DNA from: an archaeon
Lineage (GTDB): Archaea > Iainarchaeota > Iainarchaeia > Iainarchaeales > CSSED10-239
NCBI GenBank assembly: GCA_041657425.1
Contig: JBBABY010000008.1
Span: forward strand, 17,270-49,269
Length of the DNA stretch: 32,000 nucleotides
Direction of reading: 5' to 3'
A program made the translations under genes and the position numbers. This document shows positions 26,564-32,000 of this stretch, one piece after another (the stretch's first letter is position 1; every line of letters begins with the position of its first letter). Under the pieces are notes generated by a model. The model worked only from the letters and a program-made list of their open reading frames with translations. It was not told where the DNA came from and did no database searches.

Positions 26564-29500
26564 ATGAGATTTATGAAAACAAAAGGGCAAGTTTCTATAG
26601 AGTTATTAATTATTTTAGGAATAGTAGTAATTGGGGCAGTTTTGTTTGGAGTATATTATTTAAATAATATACGCAGTAACATTAAATTGTCAGATGACTC
26701 TTATAATTATGATAATCAATTTACTCCTGGAATTGTAATTCCTACTTGTTATGATGGAATTCAAAATGGAAATGAATCTGGAATAGATTGCGGAGATATT
26801 TGTCTAGTTTGTTCATCAACAGATTGTGCAAATACAGTAACCATTTTTTCCCCAATAGGAGGTACCTATTTTTCTCCACAATCTATTCGTTTAAGTTATA
26901 ATACAATAAATTGTCCTGGTGCACACATTTATTATACCACTGATGGAACAACTCCAACTTCTAATTTACAACCATATAACGCACCAATAATTTTAAATGT
27001 TGGACAAACAACAATCAAAGCAAAAGTTATTGCAATAGACGGTGCAGGAACAGAAATTTCAGGAATTCCTAATGAGCAAACTTATAATGTAATTACACCT
27101 TCTCTAGGTTGTGATAATCCAATTGGGACTGTTACATTTTCTCCAGCAGGTGGGACTTATTCAACTACACAATATGTTACATTAAATTATAATGATCCAA
27201 ATTGTTCTGATTATAAAATATATTATACAATAGATGGTAATGAACCAACTAAAACTTCTAATTTATATTTCTCTGATTCTTTATATTCTTCAATAAGAGT
27301 TTTAGAAACAACAACAATAAAAGCAAAAGTTTTTGCAAAAAATTCATCTGGGCAAGATGTAAATGGCGATACCAATACTCAAATTTATAATATTTCTGTT
27401 TTAAAGATGCCAATTGCAACTCCAAATTCTGGTATTTATCCTGCAACTCAAACAATTGTATTATCTTTAGATTCATTAACGCCTTTAGGAGCAATAATTA
27501 GATATACAACTGATGGTTCAAAAGTAAATGATTTATCATCACAATATGTTTTACCAATTCCTATTTCTGATAGACTTGTAATAAATGCAAAAACCTATAA
27601 ATCAGGAATGGATCCAAGTGCACAAGCATCATTTAATTATTTAATAACTCCAGAGGATCCAATTACTTTTAGTAATCTTAAAATAGATTATATGACTCCA
27701 TATTCTGAGATTGATAATCCGTTTACTGTTTCTGTTATTGCAAAAACAGAAGTTCCATTTGTAAATATTAATAGTGTAGAAATTAAAAAAAATGGATGGG
27801 TTACAAATTCTTGTTCTTTTTTAGGAATTAATAATGGCAGAACTCAAATTCCAATAGAGTGTACTGGTGGACATTGTACTGATTTAGGAGATTTATCAGA
27901 AACGTATAGTGGAGAAGAATACTTTAATAATTTTTTATTCAGTTGTAGCGAATCCGGAAATTATAGTTTTAAATTTACAGGCACATTAACTCAAGCAGGT
28001 TCAACTATTACACACGATACTAATTTAGGATATATTGAGATTAAACCAGTAATCTATTATTTATCGCCTCCTAAAGCAACTCCAATTTCTGGATTCTATC
28101 CTTTAGGAACAATTATTTCATTGTATTTAGATCCGCCAATACCAGATGCAATAATTAGATATACAACTAATGGTTCAGAAGTTACTGAGACTTCTCCTGC
28201 ATACAATAGGCAAATCACTCTTAATCAAGAAACAGTATTAAAAGCAAGAGCATATAAAGTTGGGACCACTCCAAGCTCACAAGCAGTATATAATTATTTT
28301 ATTTCAGAATCTATGACCCCAAGATTTGGGAATTTAGAAATTACAAATTTAGCTTCGCAAGCAACAATTAGTTTTCCATTTAATGTAGAAGTTACTGCAC
28401 AAGCAAATCTTCCTATTGTTTATTTAGATCAAGTAGAAATCAAGAAAAATGGAAATTTAACAAACGCTTGTCAGTTTTTAGGAATCACTAATGAACCAGA
28501 AGAATATAGAGTTTGTTCTAACGGTATTTGTGAAGATTTAGGATATTTAACAATAACTGGAGGATTTGAAGAATATTATAACACTTTTAAATTTAAATGC
28601 GATGAAACAGGAACATATACTTTTAGATTTAGAGGAGAATTAGGAACAACAATCAAAATTACTCCTCCAGAAAATATTACAATTCCAGAACCTCCAGAAT
28701 ATGATTGTTCTTTAAACCCAGTAATTCCTGGACAGATTTGGTGTTTAGAAGATTTAGATGCTATACGCAATAATCTTTTAGGTACATATATTTTAATGAG
28801 AGATTTAGATTTTGAAAACAATGCACACTATCGTAATCCTACTCTGAATAAACCATTATGGACAACCGGAGAAGGCTGGGTTCCATTAGGTACAATTTTA
28901 GGAACTAGATTTAGTGGAGTTTTCGAAGGAAATAATAAAAAAATAAGCCATTTATATATTAATCGTCCAAACTTTGATTTTTATAATAGAAATCAAGGAT
29001 TATTTGGGAATATCCAACCAAGTTTCCAAAATCCTATTGTTCAAATTAGGAATCTAGGATTAGAAGATGTTAATATTACGGGTGCCGATTATATTGGAGC
29101 TTTAGCAGGAGATGTTATTGATAAATTACAGTATCTTAATAATTCTAATGTAATAATTAATAATTGTTATTCTTCTGGCGTGGTTAAAAATTCTAATAGT
29201 TCAGCTGGCGGAATTGGAGGGTTAATTGGTAGACATTTGGCATTAGGACCTATGGAGAATTGTCATTCATCAGTAGATGTTAATTCTATTGGCGATGTTT
29301 ATTCAGGTGGACTTATAGGTGTTATTCCATCAGATATTTGGGTTACAAATTATGACACAATTATTGATCATTGTTATTCTACGGGGAATGTATTTGGAGA
29401 AGAATTGATTGGTGGGTTAATTGGTCATTTAGGATATAATTCAATTGTAAGGAAATCATATTCAACAGGAAATCTTTCTGGAAATATGATTATTGGTGGA

Positions 29501-30019
29501 TTAGTTGCAGGATTAAATGATGGAATTATTGAAGAAAGTTATTCTACCAGTAATATAATTGCAACATCACCATTTTCTGGTTCCACTTATAATGTAGGAG
29601 GACTAGTGTCTGCTGCATCTGGGCATTCTGTTATATCAAATAGTTATTCAACAGGAGATTTAATTATAGCTAACCCTCATACATCTAATTCAATTGGAGG
29701 ATTTATAGGGAGTTCTGCTTCTGGTTGGGTAAATATAGAAAATAGTTATTCAACGGGGTCTATAACCTATTTGAATTTACCAAGTCCTACGAATAAAGGA
29801 TTTTCAGGACATGATTTCACAGGTAGTTTAAATTTTTGGGATACTCAAACATCTGGACAATCCACAAGCCCAGGAAGTCCTAGTGTAGCAATTATTGGAA
29901 AGACAACATCAGAAATGAAAACACCATCAACTTTTAGTGATTGGAATTCTTCTGTGTGGGCAATTAATTCTGGTATAAATAATGGGTATCCTTATTTACA
30001 AAATAATCTACCACAATAA
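26564..30019 (+). CDS. giant pilin-leader surface protein D: class III signal peptide + Cys-rich module + 4 chitobiase-C-like domains + 2 Cys-pair Ig-like domains + GLUG beta-helix
   Basis: 1151 aa. 'M(RFM)KTKGQVSIELLIILGIVVIGAVLFGVYYL' is a textbook Class_IIIsignal/DUF361-type N-terminus, and an alternative start at ATG 26573 gives 'MKTKGQ'. 'CYDGIQNGNESGIDCGDICLVC' spans residues 62-83. Repeated '..IYYTTDGTTPT..'/'IRYTTDGS' domains follow. The GLUG region runs from 'YILMRDLDF' to 'NGYPYLQNNLPQ'. Confidence 0.7.
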   Translation: MRFMKTKGQVSIELLIILGIVVIGAVLFGVYYLNNIRSNIKLSDDSYNYDNQFTPGIVIPTCYDGIQNGNESGIDCGDICLVCSSTDCANTVTIFSPIGGTYFSPQSIRLSYNTINCPGAHIYYTTDGTTPTSNLQPYNAPIILNVGQTTIKAKVIAIDGAGTEISGIPNEQTYNVITPSLGCDNPIGTVTFSPAGGTYSTTQYVTLNYNDPNCSDYKIYYTIDGNEPTKTSNLYFSDSLYSSIRVLETTTIKAKVFAKNSSGQDVNGDTNTQIYNISVLKMPIATPNSGIYPATQTIVLSLDSLTPLGAIIRYTTDGSKVNDLSSQYVLPIPISDRLVINAKTYKSGMDPSAQASFNYLITPEDPITFSNLKIDYMTPYSEIDNPFTVSVIAKTEVPFVNINSVEIKKNGWVTNSCSFLGINNGRTQIPIECTGGHCTDLGDLSETYSGEEYFNNFLFSCSESGNYSFKFTGTLTQAGSTITHDTNLGYIEIKPVIYYLSPPKATPISGFYPLGTIISLYLDPPIPDAIIRYTTNGSEVTETSPAYNRQITLNQETVLKARAYKVGTTPSSQAVYNYFISESMTPRFGNLEITNLASQATISFPFNVEVTAQANLPIVYLDQVEIKKNGNLTNACQFLGITNEPEEYRVCSNGICEDLGYLTITGGFEEYYNTFKFKCDETGTYTFRFRGELGTTIKITPPENITIPEPPEYDCSLNPVIPGQIWCLEDLDAIRNNLLGTYILMRDLDFENNAHYRNPTLNKPLWTTGEGWVPLGTILGTRFSGVFEGNNKKISHLYINRPNFDFYNRNQGLFGNIQPSFQNPIVQIRNLGLEDVNITGADYIGALAGDVIDKLQYLNNSNVIINNCYSSGVVKNSNSSAGGIGGLIGRHLALGPMENCHSSVDVNSIGDVYSGGLIGVIPSDIWVTNYDTIIDHCYSTGNVFGEELIGGLIGHLGYNSIVRKSYSTGNLSGNMIIGGLVAGLNDGIIEESYSTSNIIATSPFSGSTYNVGGLVSAASGHSVISNSYSTGDLIIANPHTSNSIGGFIGSSASGWVNIENSYSTGSITYLNLPSPTNKGFSGHDFTGSLNFWDTQTSGQSTSPGSPSVAIIGKTTSEMKTPSTFSDWNSSVWAINSGINNGYPYLQNNLPQ

Positions 30020-30089
30020 ATAATTATTAAAATAATAAGTTACAGGTAATTAGTTAACATTTAAAAACATAATTATTTATAATATATAT

Positions 30090-32000
30090 ATGAATCCAAA
30101 AATAATTATTGTTTTATTCTTAATACTGCTTTTTTCAAATGTATTTGCAGATTTTAATTTCTCTAAAGATAATTCATTAAATCTTCTTGAAAATAAAGAT
30201 AATTTAGAAGTATCAAATCAAAATAATTATCAAGATGTTTTTTATCCCCCAGAAGAAGTATTACTAAAGGAAATGGGAATAACCACTGAACAATATAAAG
30301 AACTGCTTGTAAAAAACGCACCAGTTACAAGAAATTCAAGTGTTTCTAACATCTGGGGAACAACGCCATTATCCGGGACAATACACATTCCAGTTCTTCT
30401 AGTTCAATTCACAGACAAGATGCCAACTCAAACACAAAGTGCAATAAATGAAGCATTTAATAGTTCTAATTATTTAAGTGGCAGTGGAATAAGTGTAAGT
30501 AAATACTATACAAAGCAATCCTATGGAGATTTAAATATTATTTTTGATGTTTACAATTGGACAACTATGCCAAACACGTTTTCTTATTATTCTCAAAATA
30601 GTAATAGTAATTTTTATCTAATAATTGATGCAATGAATACTTTCAATCCAAGTGTAAACTTTGCACAATATGATAATGATAATGATGGTAGACTTGATGG
30701 AATAGTTATTGTTTATCCTGACCAAGGAAAAATTAGTCCAAATGGTATTTGGGCGCAAACAAGAATATTAAAACAATATAATAATAATCCAGTTGATGGA
30801 AAATATCTAGGAAACGCGGCGTTAATTCCATCATTAGGTGCTAGAAGTATTACTCCAAGTCAATTTGAAATACCTGTAACTACTCATGAATTTGCACACG
30901 TTTTAGGAATACCAGATTTGTATGCAAATGGTTCAAGTGGTCAATTAAATGCAGGGCCAGTTTATCAAATGACAATGATGATATTTCAAGAATATACAAG
31001 TCCAACAAATCATTGTCTTAATAAGCCAATCAATCTTGATGTTTGGTCAAGATATTTTTTCGGTTGGGTTAATCCAATTGAATTAACAATAGACAGCAAT
31101 AAAGAAATAAGTCTAAGAAGTATAAACGATTATCCAGACGCAGTTATTTTAAGAAATAGCAATATGGGTCCAAGGGAATTTTTCATAATAGAGAATAGAT
31201 ACAGAAACACAGCAGACCCTAATAACTTAGATAATTGTATGTTTCTAAATGGTTCCACAATAAGAGGCGGTTTTGCAATTTATCATGTTGATGAAAACAA
31301 AATTGAATTTGACTATCCAAACAATTGGGTAAATTGGGATAGAGATAATAATTATTTTGATTATACAACTTGGCCAGGAATAATCTACAGAGAAAATATG
31401 ATTGATTCTACTTATCCAACAAATTTATCAATATATTCTAATGATTTATATTTTAACGTAGTATCAAATGGTTGTGATTCATTTAGATATTTTGATAGTA
31501 ATAAACGAATCTGTGCAACATATTATTATGCAGTTGATGATTCAACAACACGAAGTTATAATGGAACATTAGATCCATTAATTAAATTTGAAGCAATCTC
31601 TACAGCTAATTTACCAATAATGACTGCTAAGATGCTTGTTGGAGAAGAAACAATAATTCCTGCAGCAACACCTATTGAAGGAACATATACTTCTGCACAA
31701 TCAATAGTTTTAAGTTCGTTAACTCCTGGCGCAACAATTTATTATACCACTAATGGAACTACACCCACAACCTCTTCTACAATTTATGTTGGACCGATTA
31801 CTGCACCATTAGGAGCAGTAACAACAATAAAAGCAATTGCTAAAAAAAATAATTTTTATGTTAGTGATGTAATGACAAGTGTTTACACAATTTATGGGGC
31901 AGTAGCAACCCCAACATCAAGCCAACCATCAGGCAATGTTGCTTACAATTCTCAAGTGATCTTAAGCACAACCACAACTGGCGCGACAATTAGGTATACT
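30090..32000 (+). CDS. secreted M6-family (immune inhibitor A-like) zinc metalloprotease with C-terminal chitobiase-C-like domains; 3' end outside the window
   Basis: This gene is not in the ORF track. Hand translation from ATG 30090 gives 637 codons with no stop, in frame to base 32000. The signal peptide is 'MNPKIIIVLFLILLFSNVFA|DF'. 'IPVLLVQFTD', 'DNDNDGRLDGIVIVY' and the zinc site 'THEFAHVLGIPDLY' (HEFAH at 30885-30899) match the M6 domain. From about 31654 come 'GTYTSAQSIVLSS..ATIYYTTNGTTPT' and a second 'ATIRYT' domain. Confidence 0.75.
   Translation, partial: MNPKIIIVLFLILLFSNVFADFNFSKDNSLNLLENKDNLEVSNQNNYQDVFYPPEEVLLKEMGITTEQYKELLVKNAPVTRNSSVSNIWGTTPLSGTIHIPVLLVQFTDKMPTQTQSAINEAFNSSNYLSGSGISVSKYYTKQSYGDLNIIFDVYNWTTMPNTFSYYSQNSNSNFYLIIDAMNTFNPSVNFAQYDNDNDGRLDGIVIVYPDQGKISPNGIWAQTRILKQYNNNPVDGKYLGNAALIPSLGARSITPSQFEIPVTTHEFAHVLGIPDLYANGSSGQLNAGPVYQMTMMIFQEYTSPTNHCLNKPINLDVWSRYFFGWVNPIELTIDSNKEISLRSINDYPDAVILRNSNMGPREFFIIENRYRNTADPNNLDNCMFLNGSTIRGGFAIYHVDENKIEFDYPNNWVNWDRDNNYFDYTTWPGIIYRENMIDSTYPTNLSIYSNDLYFNVVSNGCDSFRYFDSNKRICATYYYAVDDSTTRSYNGTLDPLIKFEAISTANLPIMTAKMLVGEETIIPAATPIEGTYTSAQSIVLSSLTPGATIYYTTNGTTPTTSSTIYVGPITAPLGAVTTIKAIAKKNNFYVSDVMTSVYTIYGAVATPTSSQPSGNVAYNSQVILSTTTTGATIRYT

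Noticed and set aside
859-28821. Track ORFs of 61-112 aa lying on the opposite strand of, or out of frame within, larger genes. They are 859-1086, 3022-3282, 3359-3544, 4363-4635, 5832-6068, 6081-6305, 6944-7186, 8384-8668, 12568-12906, 14164-14481, 15739-15939, 17512-17766, 18813-19040, 24110-24304, 24310-24504, 24317-24517, 25733-25927, 27258-27494 and 28576-28821.
   Set aside because: Each lies inside or largely overlaps a longer ORF that has strong family signatures or clear domain structure. Their translations are low-complexity Leu/Phe/Ile/Ser strings typical of off-frame readings of AT-rich coding DNA, and none has an SD or a recognisable motif.
1-32000. Alternative genetic code or stop-codon recoding.
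   Set aside because: TAA, TAG and TGA all terminate well-supported genes at the expected lengths (for example TGA for uL1 and eS8, TAA for enolase). No conserved gene shows an in-frame stop.
14693-32000. The surface-protein island as an integrated mobile element, virus or plasmid.
   Set aside because: No integrase, transposase, capsid or replication genes, att-like flanking repeats or tRNA borders are visible in the window. AT-richness and SD usage look the same as in the housekeeping half. Horizontal origin of individual modules remains possible and is listed as a finding.

Overview
This is a strongly AT-rich, tightly packed archaeal chromosome segment. The archaeal call rests on the uL1-uL10(P0)-P1 stalk operon, eS8, an Sm-like protein, a Hef-type helicase and nuclease, and Shine-Dalgarno-led genes with ATGA overlaps and standard stop codons. 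A small-genome DPANN-like archaeon is the best fit, but that is inference only. Positions 1-14600 are mostly housekeeping: an NYN protein, a MinD/ParA ATPase preceded by two small uncharacterised proteins, LSm, an isochorismatase-family hydrolase, enolase, the ribosomal stalk operon, a split Hef with a RelE-type toxin-antitoxin pair between its two halves, a Cgi121-like gene, eS8 and an archaeosortase-family gene. Positions 14693-32000 form one uninterrupted same-strand island of six very large secreted or surface proteins. The first is an S-layer-like glycoprotein candidate with a Sec signal and a PGF-CTERM-like tail, encoded just downstream of the archaeosortase gene. The next four are giant proteins (913-1151 aa) whose N-termini look like archaeal class III (type IV pilin-like) signal peptides. 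They carry shuffled adhesin modules: Cys-rich mini-modules, BspA/DUF285 repeats, GLUG beta-helix repeats, chitobiase-C-like Ig domains and an apparently uncharacterised Cys-pair domain. The last is an M6 (InhA-like) metalloprotease that is absent from the ORF track and runs off the window end. I consider the pilin-leader adhesin cassette array together with the sortase/substrate pair the most interesting candidate system. No rRNA, tRNA, CRISPR array, transposase or integrase was seen.
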